Positions 1-7,890 of a stretch of DNA of 43,313 bases are shown piece by piece. The first letter of the stretch is position 1, and every line of letters begins with the position of its first letter. Both the position numbers and the translations under genes were made by a program. This DNA is from Euryarchaeota archaeon UBA40 (GTDB taxonomy: Archaea; Thermoplasmatota; Poseidoniia; Poseidoniales; Thalassarchaeaceae), in contig DAYJ01000014.1 in the NCBI GenBank assembly GCA_002506875.1, positions 1-43,313 of the forward strand. Reading direction: 5' to 3'. Below the pieces are notes generated by a model, which saw only the letters and a list, made by a program, of their open reading frames with translations, was not told where the DNA came from and did no database searches.

Positions 1-398
1 CCCTGTTGACGCATTTCTCCATTGACTGATAACTGCACTTCGAATACCCCCTCTTTGTAAGGGTGCCATGGACCGTGAGGTGCTGAATTCGGGAACGCTT
101 TCGCATCACTCCAGGGTAAACCATCACGTTTTGCGATCTCTTGTTCAGTTCGATTTGTTAGATCTAAGCCGACACACATGGCATCCGGACGTCCATTTTG
201 GCCAATTCTGAATACTATCTCTACTTCATGATGAATAGTACATGAGGGATTAGGATGAGGCATTTCTCCGACTCCACTCTCAAATGAGAGAAGGCTCGCA
301 GGAGGCATTAGAAAGAAGAGGGGGACACTAGGTGGATCTGAACCCATCTCCTTCGCATGGGCATGATAGTTCCGTAGAACACCCCAGCCCATCGCCAT
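1..398 (-). CDS. Fumarylacetoacetate hydrolase (FAH) family protein, FAHD1/YcgM-like. Only the N-terminal 132 codons are present; the gene runs off the left edge.
   Basis: I translated the minus strand from the ATG at 398-396: MAMGWGVLRNYHAHAKEMGSDPPSVPLFFLMPPASLL..HHEVEIVFRIG..GLPWSDAKAF..LSVNGEMRQQ. It shows the RNY-H-E, FL-P, HHE-E and LPW-AK-F blocks typical of FAH-fold enzymes. It is not in the ORF track because there is no stop codon in the window. Confidence 0.75.
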   Translation of the reverse strand, partial: MAMGWGVLRNYHAHAKEMGSDPPSVPLFFLMPPASLLSFESGVGEMPHPNPSCTIHHEVEIVFRIGQNGRPDAMCVGLDLTNRTEQEIAKRDGLPWSDAKAFPNSAPHGPWHPYKEGVFEVQLSVNGEMRQQ

Positions 399-477
399 GT
401 CAATAATTACGAGGAACTGCATTACAGGCCTTGCGGTGCGGCGGGACATTCATTGGACGTCAGAAGGAGGAGATGGT

Positions 478-996
478 ATGGCAAAGCGGAGGATGAGGAA
501 GAGGAAGCCAGTACGACTGAAGGTCGTACGACGCATCCTTGATTCCCTCAATGAGAATCTAGGCATCGAAGATGACTTCTCCGACGTATTCCTTGAAATC
601 GCTGAATTCGGTGAACTAAATCTCCTACTTGGTGATCGTGTTCCTCTCGTGATGACAATTGATCGACCAGATGATTTAGGTGATGTTGGAGCAGTGATTT
701 TTCCTACGCTTCGTGGACTCTTACGTTGGAATCTTGAGGTTAAGTGGTGCGCAGTCGACAGAGGCGCAATTCCATTTCTGATGAATGGTGCAGACTGTAT
801 GGCGGCAGGCGTACAGATGGTTGACCCAAACATCGAACGAGGCGATCTAATCTGGATTCGTGACGAGGAACATGGTAAACCAATCGCAATGGGATGGGCA
901 TTGTTAGATGCTGAGGAAATGAATGCTGCCATCAAAGGCAAGGCTCTCAGAACAATCCACTGGATTGGTGATGACTTGTGGGAAGTTGAGAGTTAA
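478..996 (+). CDS. PUA-domain RNA-binding protein (archaeal COG2016/MCT-1-like)
   Basis: I trimmed ORF 397..996 to the ATG at 478, which has AAGGAGGAG at 464-472. A basic N-terminus is followed by a PUA-like C-terminal half (DRGAIPFLMNGADCMAAGV..GDLIWIRDEEHGKPIAMGWAL). Confidence 0.7.
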   Translation: MAKRRMRKRKPVRLKVVRRILDSLNENLGIEDDFSDVFLEIAEFGELNLLLGDRVPLVMTIDRPDDLGDVGAVIFPTLRGLLRWNLEVKWCAVDRGAIPFLMNGADCMAAGVQMVDPNIERGDLIWIRDEEHGKPIAMGWALLDAEEMNAAIKGKALRTIHWIGDDLWEVES

Positions 997-1056
997 GAAA
1001 TATAGTATCAGGAATAGCAAATCGTTGAATAGGTCAAGTACACGAACAACATATGC

Positions 1057-1632
1057 ATGAGGCCTCTGATTCCACTTGCAATAGTCATGATTCTCATCTC
1101 TGCAGCCACCGTCTCTGCTGCATCAGAAGGCGGCGTAAACAAATCAGTTGACGAACTTTCAGATTCAGGACTTGACAATGTGGATTCCCCCTCTGTCTTC
1201 AGTCAAGATGGGGATTTCGTAATCAGTGTAAGTATCAACGAAAGTTCGGACGCAGTGAAAATTTATGCAACCACACAGATTTGTGTCAACTCTGGCCTCT
1301 GTTACCCACCTGAACAAACTGAGATGATAACTGGAGATAATGTCACATGGACCACCACTGTATCGCCAATGATTGATCAGACCTATGTGAATTGGAATAT
1401 TATTCTTGAAAACGCATCAGAGAACCAAACGAAAATTCCTGAGACAGGATTCGGTTGGAAGGTCTGGTCCGATTGTTGGAATGATGGAACTGATTGGGGC
1501 GGTGAAGGTTACGATGGTGGTGAAAGTTGTAACGATAGTAATTCAGAAGATTCTAGCCGAGCTGTTCCCACTGTTGGTATCGCAGCAGTAATCTCAGTAT
1601 TCGTAATGGCTGCAATCATCCGTCATCGTTGA
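1057..1632 (+). CDS. Secreted, probably glycosylated surface protein with a C-terminal TM anchor
   Basis: N-terminal signal peptide (MRPLIPLAIVMILISAATVSAAS), several N-x-S/T sequons, and a Ser-rich linker. The C-terminus is a hydrophobic helix plus a basic tail (VPTVGIAAVISVFVMAAIIRHR). Confidence 0.6.
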   Translation: MRPLIPLAIVMILISAATVSAASEGGVNKSVDELSDSGLDNVDSPSVFSQDGDFVISVSINESSDAVKIYATTQICVNSGLCYPPEQTEMITGDNVTWTTTVSPMIDQTYVNWNIILENASENQTKIPETGFGWKVWSDCWNDGTDWGGEGYDGGESCNDSNSEDSSRAVPTVGIAAVISVFVMAAIIRHR

Positions 1633-2062
1633 TTGTAACATGTTCAATAAATCGAGATAGGCAACGCCTTGCTTCAATCCCCCAAGCTTCAATTGTCACT
1701 TGAGCCCCACATCCATCAACATCGATTTTTCCTTCTCTTAATCCCGGTGATGCAAGGTCACTAGGGACAAACGGAAGACGATGCTTGCTCTCAAAGGTAA
1801 GTTGGATGGCATCATCGCCTATGTCTACCGTTAATCCTTGAACTGAGAGGCTTCCGTCCTCAATGGATTCTATTTCACATCCAATCGATCGGAGGTGACG
1901 CACTACTGCATCGAAAATCTCCTCAGGAGGAGCCTTTGCTTGCGATATATCGTCTTCCACCTCGGATGCAGGACCATATGCAGAGAGAAACGGGAGATCC
2001 ATCTCATTCTGGGCCATGAGATCGTCTAGCCCACGACCAAGTCCACGTCTCTCATCACTCAT
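1616..2062 (-). CDS. Small ParA-partner candidate. It has a ParB-type N-terminal peptide (MSDERRGLGRGLDDLM) but no recognisable ParB HTH or ParB/Srx domain.
   Basis: I trimmed ORF 1616..2185 to the ATG at 2062-2060. That ATG lies 7 nt after AGGAGGT (complement of 2070-2076) and overlaps the ParA stop by 8 nt (ATGAGTGATGA). The RGLGRGL motif is the conserved ParA-activating N-terminus of bacterial ParB. Confidence 0.7.
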   Translation of the reverse strand: MSDERRGLGRGLDDLMAQNEMDLPFLSAYGPASEVEDDISQAKAPPEEIFDAVVRHLRSIGCEIESIEDGSLSVQGLTVDIGDDAIQLTFESKHRLPFVPSDLASPGLREGKIDVDGCGAQVTIEAWGIEARRCLSRFIEHVTINDDG

Positions 2063-3008
2063 CTCGAAGACCTCCTGGAAACCAGATTGCTTCCAGTTCG
2101 GTAGCCAATGCTGCATAATCTTGGCCACCATGACTCTGTGGAGCATGGAACTGAATCGGTACACCTTGACTCGGGGATTCTGCAAGGCGAATGTTACGTC
2201 GAATCGCCGGCTCTATGACCAAATCTCCGAAGACCTCTCTGAGATGTCCTGCAACCTGTGTATTCAGGAGAGTTGGTGCATGCATAGTCATAATCACGCC
2301 ATCCACGCCAAGACGTGGATTGAGTAAACGTCGCACTTCATTGAGAGTTCCTGTCAACAATGCAACTCCTTCCAGAGCAAGATACTCTGTTTGTACTGGT
2401 ATTAACACGGCGTCTGAAGCCGCCAGCGCATTGATTGACACGATACTCAATGAAGGAGCTGTATCGATTAGGATTAGATCGTAATGTGGCTTGAGTGGTT
2501 CAAGAGCCTCACTAAGACGGTTTTCTCGCCCTAGTTGTGATGCAAGAGCCTCCTCCAATCCAATGAGATTCCTATCACCTACTATCAGATGTAGCCCATC
2601 CACAGCAGTCGCATGCCGGGCTTGTGTCGCCATAGCAGGTGTAAGTACAACATCTCTCGTCGTAATTGTGACTCGTGACTTGTCAATACCTAATCCTGAA
2701 GCACAATTCCCCTGAGCATCACAATCCACAACAAGAACACGCCCCCCTCGCATCGCAACATGTGCTGCGATATTGATTACCGAGGTGGTCTTTCCAACTC
2801 CACCTTTCTGATTGGTCACGGTAACTACACGTGCAAGGCCTGCAACTGTTGGTTCTGCCCTAGGTAATTCGATGGACTCACGAGGACGTGCCTTCGTATC
2901 GAATCCCTCTGATTCAATTGGATGTTCAACTTCGTTGAATGAGACATCTGTGATGAGATTATCATCAATAGATAATATGTCCACGACCGGATACTCATCC
3001 GAACCCAT
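2055..3008 (-). CDS. parA: ParA/Soj family partition ATPase (deviant Walker A) with an acidic N-terminal extension of about 70 aa
   Basis: Motifs VTVTNQKGGVGKTT, VLVVDCDAQGN, LILIDTAPSL and PVQTEYLALEG. I chose the start at ATG 3008, preceded by GAGGTAA. The longer ORF start at 3035 has no SD. Confidence 0.9.
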   Translation of the reverse strand: MGSDEYPVVDILSIDDNLITDVSFNEVEHPIESEGFDTKARPRESIELPRAEPTVAGLARVVTVTNQKGGVGKTTSVINIAAHVAMRGGRVLVVDCDAQGNCASGLGIDKSRVTITTRDVVLTPAMATQARHATAVDGLHLIVGDRNLIGLEEALASQLGRENRLSEALEPLKPHYDLILIDTAPSLSIVSINALAASDAVLIPVQTEYLALEGVALLTGTLNEVRRLLNPRLGVDGVIMTMHAPTLLNTQVAGHLREVFGDLVIEPAIRRNIRLAESPSQGVPIQFHAPQSHGGQDYAALATELEAIWFPGGLRDE

Positions 3009-3071
3009 CGTTACCTCAGCGAATGCCTGAGGCATTCAAGGTGACGCCCGTATAGAGGTTAGAGTGACGTT

Positions 3072-5171
3072 TCATTCAGTCGTACTTTGGAGCCAGCCTA
3101 CCATCCGGCCTCGTTCTGCATCCATTATCAGATCGAAAGAGTTCTCTGAATTCCCATCTGTCCATGATCTGGAGGCGGTGAAGGTAACCTCGCCCTCATC
3201 GATATCATCAATAAAATCGAGAAGATCTGTATCTTGAGTAACTACGAGACGTGAAGTGAATTCAACGTCTGAACGTAGCACACCTCCATCCATCAGCACC
3301 TGAGTCGCTCCAAGGAAGTCCGAAGTATCCATCATTCTGGATTGCATCTCAGCAATGGACAATGTATTGGGAATCGCGTTGAGGTTGTACTCCGGCGCAT
3401 CCGACGGGGCAAGCGTTCCGTCATTCACAACAGTGCAATCGGTGCCTGAAGAACGTACCAAAGTCCATCCTGCATCCGAATCAGGATCAACCCAACTGAG
3501 GTTCCATGTCTCTTCAGCACCATCATTTGCATGATTCATTCTGTACAGATAACCATCGTTATTGAGGGCAGAACGTACACCATTTCCAGCGCTCGAATTC
3601 ATGAGACATTCAACTGCTTCTTCAACTGTAAATGCATGAATTGTCGATTCGTCAGGCATATGGCCATCCCACTGCACCTGCGTATTTGGAATCCCTTCAC
3701 CTGCCCCTGGTCGACTATTGTATAGGTCGCCCCAAACAATGGCACGTTCCCCAGCAGTGAAAGTAGATTCACGAAGTGTGTAAGTAATCACCAATTGACC
3801 ATCAGGAACAGCGAAGTCGAGAGCTGCGGATTCATGCCAACTACAATCACTTGATTCACGTGCCTTGTCAATCAGAATATCCACCTTCTGCTCCACGGGC
3901 CACGGCGCCCCCTCTCGTACAAGAAGGTCAAGTTTCGCATGTCCAAGACATGTGGCAATACTAGGTTGCTCCATCTTGATAGGAACAAGAAGTTCGCCGT
4001 TTACACGCTGCGCTGGTTCAACTGTATAGTCCCAACCTTCCGCAGTTCCGGTAGAACCCTCTTCAAGAAGAATGGAACCGAAGGTAGAGCGTAAATCCAA
4101 CGGAACAGCGGGTTGCAAAAAGAGCGGTAATGCTTCATCTACAGCTGCGATTCCTGTACCTCCAAAGGCGGTGTTCTGCAACATACTCCGGTCCCCATCT
4201 GGAGTGACAAAATCCACTGTCGCTTCAGAACGGATTGTTGTCGCTTCAGTCAACTCCTCCCAAGAAGTAACGGATATATCTACTGAATTCGCATTCATTT
4301 CCCATGTAAGACTACTACTACAACGACTTCCGTCCGTAGTCCATGTCCTTCCTGAGAGGTCGGTTAGAAGATCGTAAGAAAGCGATCGTTCGGCTGCAAG
4401 ATGAATGCGGCCATAACCATCCCTCGTCTCAGTAGCCCCTGCATTATCCCGATCAGTAGGGTCACCAATCTCCGATGTCGGAGCATCACGATAGGCAATA
4501 CTTGACATCCCATTCATCGTAATTGCAAGATCTCCACAAGCCTTCTCCAACGCAGAACCTGTATTATCACGAAGCAGAGCGACCATGTCGTTACCATTTA
4601 CCTGAACTGAACCACCCGTCATCGTGAACTCCATACTATCTCCATAGCGTGCAGGTTCAACAGCGAAAGCTTGCTGATCCTGCATCCAAGTCCACCAGTA
4701 GCCTCCACCAGCCAAAGCCGCTACTAGTAGGAGGCCTCCAAGGAAAATGGCTCGGCTTGACTTCCTACTATCACCTAGGGACATTGATGCGTTTGGCTTA
4801 CTGCGAGCCTCGGACCTCGGCTTTGCTTCCGACGGATCTACAATTACGGCTTCGAGAATTGTTGCCTCAAGAACCTCGGTACTATCTTTCTCTACCTTTA
4901 CTTCAATTACAGAAGGTGGATCTTCTGAAGGAATATCTAGTGATTCAATCTCCTCCTCTTCGAGCAGGAGGAAGCTATCATCGTCGTTGGATTCTTGAAT
5001 CTCTGATGGAGTATCTTCATCGGAATCCTCAGTATCCTGTTCATCAAGTCGCAGAGAATCGATAATGCGATCAATCAATTCTGACTTTTTACCAGAACGT
5101 GGGAGCCCCATCGCTTCGAGAAGAACCTTGAGATCAGCGACTGTTCGCTTCTCGAGATCACTTCGCTTCAT
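3072..5171 (-). CDS. Single-pass membrane protein: cytoplasmic N-terminal SAP/HeH-like motif, acidic linker, one TM helix, and a ~530-aa extracytoplasmic domain
   Basis: TVADLKVLLEAMGLPRSGKKSELIDRIIDSL fits the SAP (or Rho_N/HeH) helix-extension-helix pattern. A basic stretch precedes the TM AIFLGGLLLVAALAGGGYWWTW, which implies N-in topology. The large C-terminal part has no recognised family. Confidence 0.6.
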   Translation of the reverse strand: MKRSDLEKRTVADLKVLLEAMGLPRSGKKSELIDRIIDSLRLDEQDTEDSDEDTPSEIQESNDDDSFLLLEEEEIESLDIPSEDPPSVIEVKVEKDSTEVLEATILEAVIVDPSEAKPRSEARSKPNASMSLGDSRKSSRAIFLGGLLLVAALAGGGYWWTWMQDQQAFAVEPARYGDSMEFTMTGGSVQVNGNDMVALLRDNTGSALEKACGDLAITMNGMSSIAYRDAPTSEIGDPTDRDNAGATETRDGYGRIHLAAERSLSYDLLTDLSGRTWTTDGSRCSSSLTWEMNANSVDISVTSWEELTEATTIRSEATVDFVTPDGDRSMLQNTAFGGTGIAAVDEALPLFLQPAVPLDLRSTFGSILLEEGSTGTAEGWDYTVEPAQRVNGELLVPIKMEQPSIATCLGHAKLDLLVREGAPWPVEQKVDILIDKARESSDCSWHESAALDFAVPDGQLVITYTLRESTFTAGERAIVWGDLYNSRPGAGEGIPNTQVQWDGHMPDESTIHAFTVEEAVECLMNSSAGNGVRSALNNDGYLYRMNHANDGAEETWNLSWVDPDSDAGWTLVRSSGTDCTVVNDGTLAPSDAPEYNLNAIPNTLSIAEMQSRMMDTSDFLGATQVLMDGGVLRSDVEFTSRLVVTQDTDLLDFIDDIDEGEVTFTASRSWTDGNSENSFDLIMDAERGRMVGWLQSTTE

Positions 5172-5266
5172 CGGATCATGCTCCCTTTCCTTGCATGGAC
5201 GTCTCCGTCGTCACTATCAAACCGTTGGACTCGCAGTGTGAATGATGGAGATTTGAGACCCTACCA

Positions 5267-6544
5267 CTAGTTGCCGCGATGTTGTGCGATTTGTTCCGGT
5301 GACCATCCTGCAGCAAGTAGTTGTTCATCGGTATATCCACCAATCTGTGCAGACCCTGAATTGTCACTATCAGTGCCACTCTGCTCAACCTCGGCAGGAG
5401 ATTCGGTAGCTGATTCAACCGGGGATTCATCCTCGGAAAGTGCCTCCTCAGGCATGGTCGGACTTTCGTTGGTAGCATCAGTGTTCTCTGCGCCAGTAGT
5501 TAGATCCATGCCGAGTTCTCGCTCAGCATCTGCTGCATCAAGTACCTGTTCTTCTGTTGATTTATCTGAAGCCTCTGGATATCTGACTCTCTTGTATGCA
5601 GCACCTGCCTTCTGTGCAGCAATGATGGTAGCTACCAGTAGAGGGAGGATAATGAGGCATATTGGAAGCAATAAAGCGCGTGGCCAGAACATCTGAGCCT
5701 CTGCATCCACAGTGGCCTTCCACTGAGAGTTCGTGCCCTGCCATTGGTCCGAACTCAATTGTTGACCTTCGATGTACTGGAACACGAGGCAATGCCGTCC
5801 CGGCTTCACTGTAAGGGCATATTCCACCTCTTGACCTGAAGGAAGAGCAGGTGCATCTGACTGATCATAACGAATCACCTGAGATTCTGTTGTGATATCT
5901 TCCATCTCTGAGGAGGTTTCCCATGGGAGAGCGGATGGCATCATCGCGCAGCCGTTAGGGGCCTCAAATAAACCAAGGCGAAAAGAGGTGTTTCCGCCAT
6001 CGAATCGATGGCCTTTGAGACTCACTTTGACCTGAACATCATTGATTGGACCCAGATCCAGAATCGGGAAACCGATTATCAATTGATTCAAATCTTGTTC
6101 GAACGAGCCAGCATTGGGATCACTGCCATCCCAAATCTTGTTTTCTGCACGGTCATTAACCTCCTCTAGCGACCAATGAGGATTCGGATTCGCATCTGAA
6201 GTATCCATCCAAGACTCGACCTCGATTGCACTAAGGTTCTGATGAGGATTCTCGGAATGGTTTCCTTGTGTCACAGGGAAAAACGAGAACGTGAATAGAA
6301 TAGTAAGGACTCCAAGAACAAGATAAACATTCATTCTCTTATTGGAGCGGTTCTCCTTGAGATTACTCAATTGCTTTTCGCGCCGCTCCTTGCGATTTCT
6401 TCGATCTTCCATCTCAGAGATGGGGTCAAACGCTGCTGCTGGAGCGGATTTAGGCCCAACAGGTGGTGCCACTGATGGGCCCTGTACAGAGGCAGGTGTC
6501 TCTGCTGATGATACCTCGCTAGCGGGTGGATTCCCGGGTTGCAT
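5267..6544 (-). CDS. Two-TM membrane protein with a basic N-terminal and an acidic C-terminal cytoplasmic region around a ~240-aa ectodomain
   Basis: ORF 5267..6574 begins with TTG. The first ATG is at 6544. TM1 is MNVYLVLGVLTILFTFSFF, preceded by RRNRKERREK. TM2 is ALLLPICLIILPLLVATIIAA, followed by KAGAAYKRVR. No family recognised. Confidence 0.5.
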   Translation of the reverse strand: MQPGNPPASEVSSAETPASVQGPSVAPPVGPKSAPAAAFDPISEMEDRRNRKERREKQLSNLKENRSNKRMNVYLVLGVLTILFTFSFFPVTQGNHSENPHQNLSAIEVESWMDTSDANPNPHWSLEEVNDRAENKIWDGSDPNAGSFEQDLNQLIIGFPILDLGPINDVQVKVSLKGHRFDGGNTSFRLGLFEAPNGCAMMPSALPWETSSEMEDITTESQVIRYDQSDAPALPSGQEVEYALTVKPGRHCLVFQYIEGQQLSSDQWQGTNSQWKATVDAEAQMFWPRALLLPICLIILPLLVATIIAAQKAGAAYKRVRYPEASDKSTEEQVLDAADAERELGMDLTTGAENTDATNESPTMPEEALSEDESPVESATESPAEVEQSGTDSDNSGSAQIGGYTDEQLLAAGWSPEQIAQHRGN

Positions 6545-6653
6545 GGCTTGACCGATGACGGACTTCGATTTCAATCGAACCCATGTCTTCGATGCGCCCT
6601 CTCAAGGGATGATTTGAAAATGGAAAGGGGTGGCTCGGTCAATGATGAGGGCG

Positions 6654-7805
6654 ATGCGTCTGTGTATCTTATCCCGCGGCCCGCAGCTGTATAGCACGCG
6701 GCGTTTGGTAAAAGAAGCAGAAAATCGCGGAGCAGAGGTAGAAATTGTCGACCCGTTAGAAACAAGCCTAGTTCTCGGCGAACGGAATGGACAGGTTATC
6801 CACCGTGGCTGGCCCATTCAGGCTGACGCTGTGATTCCAAGAATTGGTTACTCCGTGACATCTGAAGGGGTACGTGTTGTCCGACAGTTTGAGTCACAAG
6901 GCGTCTATGTTGCCAACTCAGCCGACTCCATCCTTCAAAGTCGAGACAAACTGACTGCATCTCAAATTCTATCGCACCAGGGAATCCCAGTCCCACGAAC
7001 CGCACTCGTAACCTCTTGGCGAGATACAGAAAGGGCGATCTCGAGAGTTGGAGGAGTGCCTTGCGTGATTAAGGCGAGTCAAGGGACTCAAGGAAATTCT
7101 GTCCATCTTGCTCATTCAATCCGAGATGCAAGCGAACTCGTCTATCGTTTACTCGCAAATCGAGAAACTGTTCTCGTCCAGGAGTATATTCGAGAAAGTC
7201 ACGGAAGAGATGTACGTGTAATTGTGGCTGGAGGCGAAGTAGTTGCTGCGATGCGTCGCGTGGCGAGGGGACGTGAATTCCGGTCAAACTTCCATCTTGG
7301 AGGACAAGTGGAAGCGATTGAATTGATGGATGAATACGCTAAGGTTGCTATTCGTGCCGCAAATCTGCTTGGCATTGAGGTCGGTGGTGTCGATCTCCTT
7401 GAGGGACGAAGCGGGCCAATCCTTCTCGAAGTTAATTCGAGTCCGGGGCTTGAAGGAATTGAGAAGGCTTCGAAAATAAATGTTGCAGGGAAGATTATCG
7501 ACATGATTTCACAGCGTCACAGAATTCAGTCCACCGACCTTCAAGAGGTTATTCGCCGTCGCTCCGGTCATGGAGCATTGACTGTCCGGATCAAGGATTG
7601 GCCAGAATTCATTGGACGACGAATCAAAGACGTGCAAATGGGAGAATCACGTGCATTGACGCTATTGCGTGGTAAGGACCACATCTGGTCTCCCAACGAG
7701 GATCTCGTTCTACAGCCAAATGATGAACTCGTGATCTATGGAGAAATCGCGTCCATTCGCGCTCATATGCAAAGGCGCAATACTGCTTCGGAAGAAAGAT
7801 TCTGA
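6654..7805 (+). CDS. rimK: RimK-type ATP-grasp alpha-L-glutamate ligase fused to a C-terminal TrkA_C/RCK_C-like domain
   Basis: MRLCILSRGPQLYSTRRLVKEAENRGA aligns with the E. coli RimK N-terminus as I recall it. An ATP-grasp core is present (VIKASQGTQG, VLVQEYI, GVDLLE..LLEVNSSPGLEGIE). The last ~70 aa (VRIKDWPEFIGRRIKDVQMGE..LLRGKDHIWSPNEDLVLQPNDELVIYGE) fit the TrkA_C pattern. The start could instead be 6630 (GTG) or 6642. Confidence 0.8.
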   Translation: MRLCILSRGPQLYSTRRLVKEAENRGAEVEIVDPLETSLVLGERNGQVIHRGWPIQADAVIPRIGYSVTSEGVRVVRQFESQGVYVANSADSILQSRDKLTASQILSHQGIPVPRTALVTSWRDTERAISRVGGVPCVIKASQGTQGNSVHLAHSIRDASELVYRLLANRETVLVQEYIRESHGRDVRVIVAGGEVVAAMRRVARGREFRSNFHLGGQVEAIELMDEYAKVAIRAANLLGIEVGGVDLLEGRSGPILLEVNSSPGLEGIEKASKINVAGKIIDMISQRHRIQSTDLQEVIRRRSGHGALTVRIKDWPEFIGRRIKDVQMGESRALTLLRGKDHIWSPNEDLVLQPNDELVIYGEIASIRAHMQRRNTASEERF

Positions 7806-7890
7806 CGATCAATTCCCCCACTCGACCCCCTGTTGAAATGAGAGGGTTCAAACCCGACACCTCGTTCCACATTTACCCTTCGGGGATGGG

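Noticed and set aside
450-941. Long antisense ORFs opposite well-supported genes. Examples are 450-941, 2016-2715, 4649-5065, 5271-5696, 11207-11809, 24764-25369, 27295-27594 and 30976-31260.
   Set aside because: Each lies entirely inside a gene with clear family motifs on the other strand. Their products are low-complexity Ser/Arg/Pro-rich sequences. They are typical shadow ORFs.
7840-7860. GGGTTCAAACCC looks like a tRNA T-arm and sits just upstream of the recombinase gene. It could be a tRNA fragment or att site.
   Set aside because: I could not fold a cloverleaf or acceptor stem on either strand. The flanks do not pair as a 5-bp T stem. No copy of the segment matches either tRNA gene in the window.
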